Made by a program: the position numbers and the translations under genes. The notes under the pieces are model-generated. The model ran no database searches. It worked only from the letters and a program-made list of their open reading frames with translations, and had not been told where the DNA came from. A stretch of 64,000 nt of DNA, from NCBI RefSeq assembly GCF_009914755.1, contig NC_060929.1; one strand, 5' to 3'. The DNA comes from the human T2T-CHM13v2.0 reference genome, Homo sapiens. Each line of letters begins with the position of its first letter. Within the stretch, counting starts at the first letter, position 1. Positions 1 through 16,558 of the stretch are shown in pieces.

Positions 1-92
1 CTATTTAGCTTCAGCTATCAGCTTTTTTGCAAACAGAAACACATTAATTGGTAATTACTAATCTTTTAAGGTTGGAAGAGCCAACTCATTAT

Positions 93-340
93 AATTATTT
101 TTACTAAATTTTTATTATCCCTTCCACATACAGAACAAAGTATATAAATTGAAACTATCAGAGTTTGAATGGTTCTGGCAAAGAACGAGTTATTAACTCA
201 TGTTTTTTTTATTACTTTTAATTAAATTTTTATTATCCCTTCCACATACAGAACAAAGTGTATAAATTGAAACTATCAGAGTTTGAATGGTTCTGGCAAA
301 GAACGAGTTATTAACTCATGTTTTTTTAAATTATTTTTAA
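93..340. repeat. Direct tandem duplication, 118 bp period (~2 copies)
   Basis: taaatttttattatcccttccacatacagaac...ttaactcatgttttttt at 105 and at 223; one substitution (tatataaa vs tgtataaa) across the ~105 bp core. Confidence 0.95.
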
Positions 341-379
341 TATTCACACACTAAAAACATAACCTAATTATAGTGCACT

Positions 380-1063
<684 letters not shown>

Positions 1064-1289
1064 TGACACTACTTTGGTACACACAGTTCTAACCCACCTA
1101 CCTGTCCTACTATCCAACCCACATTCTTCCATATTCTGTTCTTCCATTATAAATTATCCTATCAAATTACTTGCTGAGACCTCAGAAACCCACACCTTCA
1201 GAATACTCCCCAGTAATAACTTCTGAGCCTCATTTGCAGGCACCCTCTCATCTGCCAGCCCTCCAAAAGATGGAGTATTCTAGACAGGA

Positions 1290-1700
1290 CTCAGCCTTCT
1301 TCTCCTTTCTATTTTCATCCCATCCCTAGATGAGCTCATCCAGTCCCATAAATATCTTTATACTGACAACTCCCAAATTTACATCTCCAAGCTTGCTCTC
1401 TTTCCTGAGCTCCAGACTCAAATATCCAACTGTACACTCAGAATTTTTCCTGGGCATGTCAAACATAACATATCCAAAGACTTCTACATCTGAGTACATG
1501 GGGAACCATCGACTCAATTAATTAAAAAGTTTGGATTCGCCCTTTGCCCTTCCATTAATTTATCTCTAAACATCCAATACGACAATATATCTCTCTATCT
1601 CTCTGAAATATATCCCAAATTCAACCTATTGCTGTCACCATAGTCCAATTCATTACATTTCTCTTTCAGGTTATTGCAATACACTCCCAACTGGTGATGA
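1290..1700 (+). mobile_element. L2 LINE fragment
   Basis: ctcatccagtcccat...actcccaaatttacatctcc...ctgagctccagactcaaatatccaactg, typical L2 3' region. Confidence 0.75.
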
Positions 1701-1959
1701 GGTCCTGTCATTCATTCAGACATTCAGTCAGAACAACAGGAATTCTCAAAAAGCAAGTTCACTTAACATGATGTACATTTAATTAAACCAATTGCTGTTG
1801 GAAATGACCACCTTCTTTCTTCTTTTTCTCATTCTCTCTCTCTACTTTCTCTCTATCATTCTTATTCTCTTCCTAATTCCTCTTTCTCTCTCCCTCTTCT
1901 TGTTTTCTTCTTTCTCTCTTCCTCTCCCTGTTGTTTTACTGACCAACTAGGTACATAGT

Positions 1960-2125
1960 ATAGTAGAAAAATGCTAGGAGTTAAAAGTAAAAGGTTTATT
2001 CCTGTGGGCTGTTATGGTAATTATGATGAAGTCAGTTTCTATTTCTGGCCCTCAGCTGTCTCATCTATTAAATAAAGAAATTATACTGGATGGTCTCTGA
2101 GGTCCCTTAAAGTTCTAGAAATCTA
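1960..2125 (+). mobile_element. MIR3/MIR-like SINE
   Basis: cctcagctgtctcatctattaaat...ggatggtctctgaggtccct core and 3' end. Confidence 0.55.
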
Positions 2126-2409
2126 TTCAAAGTATTTATTGAGTAAAGCGCTATGTTCCTTGTTCTTTAAAGTAGGTAAATTCAATACTTTATATTTCCC
2201 TGAAGGAAAAAAAGCAAATTAGGTTTTTTTACAAGGCCTTTAATTAATCCTTTTCTATCAGGGGTCAGTGGCTCTCAATAGAAAAAATGCACCTCTCCCT
2301 TGGTATAGTCTGAATATTCAATACCTCTGTAGTTATTTCTGTCTTTGGGCCTTTCTTGGAACAAGCAGTTTCCAAGAAGAGGCCAACAGTCCACTTAATA
2401 TGAAAGCTA

Positions 2410-2650
2410 TCATTTATACTGGGCACTTTTTCTGTTCCAGGTTCTGTGCTAAGGCTTTTTTTTTTTTTTTCATTTAATCCTCAAGAAAAGTCTACAAAAG
2501 GTAGATATGATATCACTCCTATTTTGCAGAAGAGGAAACTAAGGTACAAAAAGGTTAAGAAATTTGCCTAAGGGCACCCAGTCAATAGATGGTAGAGCCA
2601 AAATTTGGACCAAGGTCTGACTTAAAAGCCCATGCTCTCAAAGATGACAC
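2410..2650 (-). mobile_element. MIR SINE
   Basis: catttaatcctca...attttgcagaagaggaaactaagg...ttgcctaagggcacccag is the reverse complement of the MIR core. Confidence 0.85.
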
Positions 2651-3874
2651 TGTACTTCCTCCTCCTGAAATGCTGGACCCCTACAGCCTAACTTCAGGTC
2701 TCCATTACCTCCAGGACTGACAAAGCATATGGCCTCTGATGTCCTGGAGTTCACACCCTAGCCTCTGTAACTACAGTACAAAGGTTTTGAGAACAGAGAC
2801 TCATAATTTCTCATGGTATCTGGTGCCAGCCATGTGAGCACTCAATAAGTACTCTTGACTGAGGAAAGCCATAATGAGAATCAACTTATACAGCTAGGAC
2901 TGCCTAATGTGAACTCTGGTGATACAAAGTAAAATGTCTGGATGGGGGAGAGATTATGGTGACACTAGCAATATGGTCAGGCATCCAATAAAGTCTAATT
3001 TCTATAATCTCATTACCATTTGCAGAAATTTGAGAGAGCTATTGATACACCTAGAGAATTGCTTTAGAGAATGAACGAAAATTGGTTTAATTAAGACTGA
3101 AGGTATTTCAGTGAAATATCAGGTCAGAGCATTTATGAAAAAAACTTCTCTTTTGAAAATGCTTTAAAAAGTCTTCAGAATTGGGGTGTAATTTGCATCA
3201 TCATCTTCTGAGCAGCATCAAAGCAGAATTTATTCTCAGGGAGACTTTGTACCTGAGGTATTTATGGGTTCTCTGGCCGAAGGGATCAATTGGCAATGTC
3301 TCTAAAACTCCACCCCAATCTCTCCTAGAAGCATCTTTAGTATAGACAGAAAACCCTCACTGAATTATGAGACTATTGAACACCAGATATCTTCCTGTGA
3401 CAGTGGTTTGGTGTTGATAAATAGGAAAGCCATTTAAATGTCCTCAGCCCTGGGACTGGTCATCTAAAGCTTCCCAAAACTTTAGAAGGACACAAAGATC
3501 CAGACTATTGTTTGGGGTGTTCTACATTTAGAGAACAGTAACACTGGAGGAAAGAGAGTGAGGGGGTTCAGGACACAGGCACTGTAAGGCCTTCAAGGTG
3601 ATAGGCACGAACTCCCACTGAGGCCACCAATCCCCAAGGCAAAGAACAACATTGGTAATAGCAGGACAGATGTTTGAGAGGCTGAGAGTCTCCAGGGAGA
3701 ACATGTGCATCACCCAGGACGAGGCCAGAGAAAGGGAAAGAGCCTGGGAAGTGGACAGGAAAAAGAAGGATTAATGTCCCAAGGATTCTGCCTGGTAAGT
3801 GCTCAAAGTCAAAACCATTTGTGGCCATCACCCTCCCCTTGGCTTTCCAAGCCTGTCCCCTCAGATTGGTGTGA

Positions 3875-4587
<713 letters not shown>

Positions 4588-5704
4588 TTCTTCCTTCTCT
4601 GATACTTCCTTGGTAAGAACATTTTTTCCCAACCTATCTAAGAGTCTGCTTCTGATTTATCTTTGCTAGTTAACTGCAACACACAGCTAAAATAAAAGAA
4701 TTCAACCAAAAAATGACAACAGACATTAAATTCAGGTAAGCAAATATAGTTTTCCTTTCTCTTTACTCAAAAAAGGTAATATTATTGACTCTACCCACCA
4801 AAAGAACATTAGGCACTTTACCCATCACACAGAACTCTCATTTTCCCTTCCTTCTTTTCAAAATGAACTTTTAAATTCCAACATGACATTCTAAGCAATC
4901 ACTGAGAAGTGTAAAGGAGAGTATAATAGCCATAATTAACACTGTTTATATACCAGACAGACTTACATTTTGCTATAAATATTCCACACAAAAATCTTTG
5001 AAAGAGGGACAATTATGCTGAGAGGTTTATCTGTATGGCATTTGTCAAAAGAAGAAAAAAACAGGCTGCATTTCCTATTTGAAAAAAGGATTGCCTGGAA
5101 TAATGCAAGATTGTACACTCACCAAAGGGAAAAAAATGAGTCGTCATCTTGAGTTAAAATGATAAAGCACATCCACTTTTTAAAGCTGTAGGCCTCTGCC
5201 CCTGCACGCCAAGCTATCATTAAAACGCAGAGCACACACAAGGGGATATAAGCTCATCTCATCTTCAGTACCACACTAGTACTGGTCACTGAGAGAACAG
5301 GCAGAAACAGAAATCTCACTTTCACGTGTGCTCTGCCACAGAAAAAGTCCATTTTGCTCCTCACATTTTGCTCATTACAGCTCAAAATGAAATTACCATT
5401 TGAAACTAAAATCTTTCTTGCCTTTATAGTTCTTACTTAGAATATATTACATTCATTTTGTTCTTCCTCTGCCACTTGTCACATAACTGTTTATCTTAGT
5501 TTTGACGGGGAGAAAAACAAAATGTTTCAGTGTTCCTGTTTACTTTTCTGTCTTTTTTGCCCCCAAGGCTCTTGATTACAAATGTGGGCTTCAATCTAAT
5601 TTAGCAGAAGTTTGCATACATTTTGCAGAGCGAGTTACAACTTCTAGGATGTGGTCCTTTGGGGGTCCTGAAGCCCTATTAATCCAATCTGGGAAATCAG
5701 TCCC

Positions 5705-6069
5705 TTTTTTTTTTTTTTTTTGAGACAGCATCGCACTCTGTTGCCCAAGCTGGACTGCAGTGGTATGATCTCAGCTCACTGCAACTTCTGCCTCCCAGGC
5801 TCAAGCGATTCTCATGCCTCGGCCTGTAGCTGGGACTCATGCCTGTAGCTGGGACTACAGACATGCGCCACCATGCCCTGCTAGTTTTTGTTTGTTTAGT
5901 AGAGACAGGGTTTCCCAGTGTTGGCCAGGCTGGTCTCAAACTCCTGGCCTCAAGTGATCTGCCCACCTCAGCCTCCCAAAGTGCTGGGATTACAGACATG
6001 AGCCACTGCACCTGGCAAATTTTTGTATATTTAGTAGAGACGGGGTGTCACCATGTTGGCCAGGCTGGC
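5705..6069 (-). mobile_element. Alu plus an adjacent ~55 bp Alu middle fragment
   Basis: Full Alu 5705-6016, then a second ttttgtatatttagtagagacgggg...ggccaggctgg at 6017-6069. Confidence 0.9.
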
Positions 6070-6074
6070 CCTTT

Positions 6075-6760
6075 TCTGTCTTTATCTCTACTGATTTATC
6101 TGCAACATTTCCCCCTATTGACCACTTCCTCCTCCTTGAAACTCTCTCTTACCATGTCTTATGACATTTTATCTTGATTTTTCTCATATTTCTCTTTCTC
6201 AACCTAATAACCTTTCCCTTTTTCCATGAACCTCTAAAACATTGTTAGCTCCCAGATCATTGCTCCCTGATTATCACACTCTCATCTAGGGTGATCACAT
6301 CCATTTTTGTCTATATCGATGTACAGTACTGTAAATGTGCAAAACTAAACTCAACTTTTCCTTTAAATCTGGTACTCAGCCTGTTTCTGATTTCAGCGAT
6401 GACGCCAGGAACGAGTCACCCAAACCAGAAACCTCACAATTGTTCCTGACTTCTAATTTCCCACTAATCCCCATAAACAATAGCTCAACAAATAATTCCA
6501 GCCTGTTTTACCTTCTTGGTGTGTCCTGAATCTTTCACATCCACTCCCTCTTCACTGACACAGCTTCATTTCAATCCCTAATGTTTCTCCCATTTCTCTA
6601 CCAGCTTCCCAACTGGTCTCTGTTTTGTCTTTATTCTTCACACTGATGTCGGAATTACCTTCCTGAAATGACTGCACACACACACACAAATCTAGGACTT
6701 GCTTTCTCCTATAATCACTCACAGCCCTCTGTGCATACCATTATCATGACACCTACACAG
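6075..6760 (+). mobile_element. L2 LINE fragment
   Basis: ttgaccacttcctcctccttgaaactctct...cacccaaaccagaaacct L2-like motifs. Confidence 0.65.
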
Positions 6761-6770
6761 TAGTCTAATG

Positions 6771-7170
6771 CAGGGGTCCCCAACCCCCAGGCCACACAGC
6801 AGGAGGTGAACGGCGGGTGAGTGAACATTACCACTTGAGCTCCATTTCCTGTCAGATCAACGGGGGCATTAGATTCTCATAGGAACGTGAACCCTACTGT
6901 GAACTGCGCATGCAAGGAATCTAGTTTGCACGTTCCTTATGGGAATCTATTGTCTGATGATCTGTCACTGTATATATTACATGTAATAACATATGCATAT
7001 ATACACGTATACATTATGTATTATAATACAATGTAATAATAATAGAAATAAAGTTCACAATAAATGTAATGTGCTTGAATCATCCCAAAACCATTCCCCC
7101 GATCTCCTTCCATAGAAAAATTGTCTTCCACAAAACCAATACCTGGTGCCGAAAAAGCTGGGGACTGATG
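6771..7170 (+). mobile_element. MER1A hAT-Charlie DNA transposon, internally deleted
   Basis: Termini caggggtccccaacc / ggggactgatg; 8 bp TSD gtctaatg / atctaatg; homologous to the copy at 48805. Confidence 0.9.
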
Positions 7171-7434
7171 ATCTAATGTGTTACATTATTTGTGGTCTTC
7201 CCAACTAGAATATCAGTCGGTTGAGTGCAGCTTCCAGGTCTTAGTGAGCTTTGGTGATACCATGCCTGACGTGGCAGATGCTCACTTAACATTTGTTGAA
7301 TGAATTAACTGGAAAGCACTACTAATATTAAATAAGAAGACTTGAAGAATTGAAAAGGGGAATTTGGAAAGAAATGTAGAAACAAGTCTGCCTCTCTGGT
7401 ACTCTCCGATGGAAGGTGGAGGAGAGAATGTAAC

Positions 7435-7570
7435 GCACATCTTCCTAACCTTTGTTGCATCATGCATCCTTTTGAGAATCTGATGAAAATTAAGGGATCT
7501 CTCCAAAGGAAAAAATGCATCTAAACACATTACACAAAAATCTGTGCACAATTTCAGGGGGTTCTCTCTA
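7435..7570. mobile_element. hAT-Charlie-type MITE fragment
   Basis: tgagaatctgatgaaa...aaaatgcatctaaacac...acaatttcaggggg resembles Charlie-family MER elements. Confidence 0.5.
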
Positions 7571-7639
7571 CAGATGTTCTAAGGATCTATAATTCCAAGA
7601 TGTCACAGAGGGTGTACGGGATGTACCAGAGATTGAGTG

Positions 7640-9229
<1,590 letters not shown>

Positions 9230-10179
9230 AGAAAATGTTCACTTTTTATTCTATATTCTGTTATGTTGTTTGAACATTTCGCAACCAGGCTAGATGGGGG
9301 TGGAGCAATTGTTTAAAGGGAACATTACACCATATTGACCAATTCCTCATTCATTCTGGCCTCTGAAATTTCTCACAGTTTTGTCTAACTTCTGTTGTTC
9401 ACTGACACTTCATGTAATCCACAAATTTTGTGTGCCCTCTCTTGGTTCACACTAGAGCCTGCAGGCTCATATGGGCAGCCATCTCCAGCCTTGCCTTGGA
9501 GTCAGAGAGCCACATCACTGGCCAACTGCAGAGTCCTGGTGGCCTCGTCAAGAAGCAGGAGACTTTAATGACACCTGAGAAAGCCCTATGTCCTGCTTCT
9601 GCCATCTATGTTGTTCTCTTTGAGGATTTTTCAGAAGAATCCATGATTCTGTAAAAATGGGAAAGGTCAGCGACAGATCCATATTCGGTTGTAAATTAAA
9701 TGGCGTTACTTCATGACTTGGCATGTGAGCTGTGAAATAGTTATGTTTATAAGAATGTTCTCTAACCTAATGGGAAACAGAAATGATAAAATAAACCAAA
9801 TGATAAAATAAACTACAGGAGAGCACTGTGGTCATCTGCCATTAATCCTCGGCATCCTAGGAATTAGCCATGAACTTCATCTCTGGGCTTCCTCAAGATA
9901 ATCAGCTTCTAATCCATGGGAGTTTTTCCCTCACACTTACTATTGCCAGGTTGAGTTTATGACTCTTAGGATACATTTTACAGAGAATGCTTTAAATGCC
10001 TAAATAAATGACATTGTCCTGGTCCACCCCACCTACTAATCAGTTAACACTGCAGCCTCTTAATAAATTTAAATATATGTATATCTGCCCCGGTTTGTTC
10101 CTGTGATCAGGCACTTAGATAAGCATTTCTGATCTACTATCTCTTTCAGTCAGCCAGATATCCTTAAATATTAATGCTT

Positions 10180-10516
<337 letters not shown>

Positions 10517-11969
10517 TAAAATCATATTTCAATTTTTATTCTTTTCAAAAACCCAGATATGTTTCATGTAAACAAAAAGTATTACAGTAATATATGTGGG
10601 GGGGTTATGTCCCAGCATTTAGGGTAATATCAATGTTGGCATCTTCATTTTATGAAGAGAAAACAGACATGGAAAGGCTTAGGTTCCTGGAATTCACAGG
10701 AAAATGAGCTTGGAAATCTTACCAGGTTCATTATTCCCTTTGCCATGTATAGAAATGTTGGTCACACAGGCCTCAACTGTATTTCCATGGTAATCACCCC
10801 AGATAGCCCACAGGCTCAAGCCAGGCCCTGCACCCATACATAGGTGTTCACCAAGATATGTGCTGGGTGTTGGTAAAGTACAGCTGATGCCCCAGGCTAG
10901 GAAAAACATAGAACTCTAGGCCTTTCACCTTTGTTTCTTCTCCCAGACCTGGGCCCTTTCAGGGCAGAACACTGAAGGCAGTGCATTAACATAAAGGCAA
11001 ACAGAAATGTCCGTTTTTCCATGTTTAATGCCAGTTGGACAGTTTATTCACCCAGTCTACCCCCATAAACACAGCTAAACTGTGCCCTGTGGAGAGGCAC
11101 CTGTGGGTCAGATGAGCACTCCAAGTGCTGTGTCATGTGTATCAAGGGCTCTCGGGCTACAGAGTGATTCATTCGAATCAGGATCCATTTTGCATGGTGC
11201 AGCTTTATGCATGCCTCATTGAAGAAGTCTTCTCTGCGCAGTGTATGTTATTATAAGTAATCCGCCCACACACCACAGATTTTAATGCATCCTAGAGAGC
11301 AAATTACTGGCAACAATAAGTTACAAGACATCCCTGACCAAATTAGTTGGTCATTCATCTGAAGACCAACAAACTCAGCCTCTATTGAGCCATGAAGGAA
11401 AGGGAAAACATCGAACAATTATATAGATATTCTATAATTGGGGGTTGGAAAGTGACTATATTGAAATACTTCCCTTAGCATAGCTTAACTGCAAAAGGTC
11501 TGGGGAGGTCATTTGGTCCAGCTACTGCCTCATCCTGCTGCAGACTCCAGGGATCCATTAGCATAGTCCAGCAGAAAGAAAAAGACAGATACCAAGAAAA
11601 TGTGTATCTTGTTGCACATCTGACAGCTACATTTTTCCTAGGGCTACTCCACTGGAAGTAGAACAAGATGTCATGAATAACTTAGGAGAAGTTTTTTTAA
11701 AAACTGTCCTAGGGATATGTAAGAAAGTTGGCTAAGCCACGAAAAAAAGAAGGAAAGCAACAGAAGGGCCCCCCCTCAACCAGCTCAGATCACCCCTCAC
11801 CTGGCCAATGCAGGCTGCTCAGCCAGCAGATTCCAATGCAGTAGCTGGCAGATGAAGGAGAAAACGGGGACTGGGAGCTATTTTTCTATTTCCATACTTT
11901 TAATTATTCTTAATCCATACTCCCTAGATGGCTTAATCACTAACAGGCTGCAGCTATGGTCTGGCATAA

Positions 11970-12420
11970 CACTGGGTTAATTATGCTCTTTGGGTTACAA
12001 AGGACAGAAATAAATTCACTTAGGCTACCTCAGGTAATGAGGGTTCACTGGTCAGTTACACATGACAATATATGTGGCTTCTTCTCTCTACCTACATGCC
12101 CCCGCGCTCTCACCAACCCCAACCCCCAATCTAGCTGGCTGATCCTGTCCATATTTCTCAGCTCAAATTCCAGAGTGTCTGTTTCACCAACGTAATTACC
12201 TAACTCCCACTGGTCAGAGCTTTCCCTGCCAGACCACCCTTCAAGCTACTTGCCAGCCTATGAACTGGTTGCCCTCGGGTCAGGTGGCTGCCTCTGGTCC
12301 AATCAGCAGGTGCCCACTGCACAACTTACAGTTTAGGGCCACTTCCTTTGGCAAGGGGCTGTGTACCAAGGCAGCTTTCCTTAGAAAAGGGTGGTGGGAA
12401 TTTCAGGTGCATCTCTATGT
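11970..12420. mobile_element. Old MLT1-type LTR fragment
   Basis: ggtcaggtggctgcctctggtccaatcagc motif characteristic of MLT1J/K-type LTRs. Confidence 0.45.
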
Positions 12421-12488
12421 AAAAAGTGGCCACCAAATACTTAAGTACAGATAAACTACTGATTTGGAGGTAAGAGTCTTTGTAGGAG

Positions 12489-12660
12489 CAGGACCAGCTT
12501 TGCAGACTTACCACCTGTGCAGTTACACAGGGTCCCTGTGCTCAAAAGGGCCCACACTTGGGTAAATGCTGTGCCCATCTTTAAATATTACATGATTTTT
12601 GAACAGGGGACCTGCATTTTCATTTTGCACAGGGATTTGCAAGTTATGCAACTATTCCTG
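12489..12660 (+). mobile_element. MER53 hAT MITE
   Basis: cagg...cctgtgcagttacacagggtccc...cattttcattttgcacagg...cctg; imperfect 8 bp TSD tgtaggag / tataggac. Confidence 0.8.
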
Positions 12661-12699
12661 TATAGGACTTATTATTAAATTATAAAAAGTGAAAGGATT

Positions 12700-12890
12700 T
12701 TCATAGAATCAAATAATTTTGGATCCAGTGATTCTTCTAAGATCATCTACTACAAATATTCATTTAACAAATAAGAAAACTGAGGTCAAAGAAAGGATAA
12801 TTGGCTTAATTTAGATCCAACAGTGAGTACTAGCAATGTCAGACCAGAAACAGATTCTTACCCCTCCAAGTCCAGACTTCTCATTCTTTC
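12700..12890 (-). mobile_element. MIR SINE
   Basis: catttaacaaataagaaaactgaggtc core. Confidence 0.65.
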
Positions 12891-12990
12891 ATGGGACAGG
12901 CTTTCTCCTGGCAACAACTACCTGATGCTGGTCCATTTTGCCAGGATATTTGGTAGACTACTTAGAAATTTCATAAAAGAAAGGCTGATG

Positions 12991-13350
<360 letters not shown>

Positions 13351-13652
13351 TCAATCTTACAGCTTGTTTCTTAACCTTTGACCCCCTCAGAACAAATTCC
13401 ACTGACAATCCCCAGAATCTAAAACAAAAGCTGATTGGCAGAATGTAAACTAATAGAATCTCTATGGAGGATCATTTGTAATAGATATCAAAATTACAAT
13501 GTTCATACTCCTCAACCCCACAATCCCATTCTAGATATAGTTGCACATATGCAAAAATATGCATGCTTAAGACTATTCATTTTGATGTTATTCATAATAG
13601 CAAAAGATTGGAAACAACCTAGATAACCAGATAACCATAAACCGGAGACTAG

Positions 13653-13995
<343 letters not shown>

Positions 13996-14062
13996 TGTTT
14001 TTTGTTTTTTTGTTTTTTTGTTTTTTTTTTAAAAAAAAAGAGGATGATGCAATAAAATACTA

Positions 14063-14629
<567 letters not shown>

Positions 14630-15344
14630 TCAGGAATGGAAATTGGGCGGGGGGGGTTTGTATTTGGTGCCTTGTTTTTCCCTTAAAATTTGTACTATGT
14701 GCACAAATTATCTCTTCAAAAACTAGTTAAATGAGTGCCTGAAAGAGGACCCCATGACGCTGCCAGTATTGCATCATATCTGCAATAATAAGCAACACAC
14801 TATTGCTATCATTTTTGCTAAAGATTTTGCTGAAATCTTGTATATCAAACTTAGAGACAAAGGAAATTAAACGTAGTTAAATTAGACTTTAAAAACCAAT
14901 TCTCTCCCCCTCCCTGCTCTGCTATAGACAAAAGGAAAAACCTGAAAAGTTTTCAAAACCTGCATAATCCATTGCTTGTTTAGTCATTGGCACAGCTGCG
15001 TGATACAATGGAGAAAACGAGAAATGTTCCCAACTCTTCCTTTGGAAATTTGCCAGTATCATCTCCAAAGTATCCTTCAGACGTTATCCACTTATGTTTT
15101 TCCAGTGTACCCACCAGCAGAGTTCCCAAGCACTTTAACAAGAGCTGTATTTTGAATCAAAAGCATGAAGCGGGATACAAACCTCAATATTGCCCTAGTT
15201 TAGTAAAACATTTGCCTCGGGTGACAGCAGAAAAGGAAGCTTAGTCCTTCTGATTCCTAGCTAGGAAAGACAGGAAATGTGTTTCCCCCACATATTTTCT
15301 TTGTTGCTTCAGTTCCACACATTCTATAGTTATGCAACCCCCAT

Positions 15345-15842
15345 GTGGTGGATCAAAGATGGCTACAAATTCTTTGACACTCCTCTCCTGTGGAGAAGGG
15401 ATCTGTTTCCATTATTCTTGATTCTGGGCTGTCCTGTGACTGCTTTGACCAATGGAGTATCACAGAATTGGTGCTATGCCAATTCCAACCCTAGTCTCTA
15501 AAATAACCGGCAGAGTCCTAAGTGAGCCACTATGTAAGAGTCCAACTGGCATTCTAAAGAGAACACGTAGAGATACTCTAAGACTACATCGAGAGGGAGA
15601 AGGGCACAAAGCCTGTCAGCCATTCCTGTCAAGACACTAGGCATATGAGGGAAGCCATCTTGGATGCTTCAGCCCACACCAGACTGTTAAGTGACTCCAG
15701 TCAATGCCATGTGAAGCAGAAGAATCACCCAACCAAGCACTGAGCAAATTCCTGACCAAGGAACTTGTGAGATAATTAAAATATGGTTTTAAGACACTAA
15801 GTTTTGGGGTAGTATGCTATGCCGCAATACATAACCAAGACA
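15345..15842 (+). mobile_element. MLT1F/H-like MaLR LTR
   Basis: tgtggtggatcaaagatggctacaaattctttgacactcc ... gcaatacataaccaagaca termini. Confidence 0.8.
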
Positions 15843-16246
15843 CCACACTATCAAAAATTAAACACTAGCATCTGCAAACCTTTAATACTCAAAATTCAAT
15901 CTTTCCTGAATTACCTTAGATTATTGATAGAACAATCTCATGCCAGGCAGACACAGCTACTAGGAGAAGGGGCCAGGTTCAAGTTAAGACAACAGAAGAA
16001 TTTTCCAGCACCTCCTTTCCAGCCAGAGATAAGTCTCCATTGGCCAGTACTGCCAGACAGAACTCCAGAGATCATGGCCAGGGATCCTGGAGTTTCTCAG
16101 CTCACACAGGACCACCATTTCTCAGGGTGTCATTTGACCAGCCCCAACCACTCCAGTACTCTGCCCATGTCCACCAATGCCATGTCCACCACCTCATGGG
16201 TGTCACATGTGGTTATTCCTGGAGGTAGGTTAAGAACCAGACCCTC

Positions 16247-16558
16247 AGCCAGGTGTGGTAACTCACACCTGTAATCCCAGGACTTTGGGAGGCTGAGGCA
16301 GGCAGATCACTTGAGGTGAGGAGTTCGAAGTAAGTCAGCCTGGCCAACATGGTGAAACCCCATCTGTACTAAAAATACAAAAAATTAGCCAGGCATGGTG
16401 GCTTGAGCCTGTAATCTCGGTACTTGGGAGGCTGAGGCAAGAGGATAGCTTGAACCCAGGAGGCGGAGTTTGCCATGAGCCAAGATCAAGCCACTGCACT
16501 CCAGCATGGGTGACAGAGAAAAACTCTGTCTCAAAAAAAAAAAAAAAAAAAAAAAAAG
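16247..16558 (+). mobile_element. AluS
   Basis: TSD aagaaccagaccctc on both flanks. Confidence 0.95.

Noticed and set aside
15819-16274. 151 aa ORF
   Set aside because: Starts in an MLT1 LTR end, ends in an Alu, and has no recognisable domain
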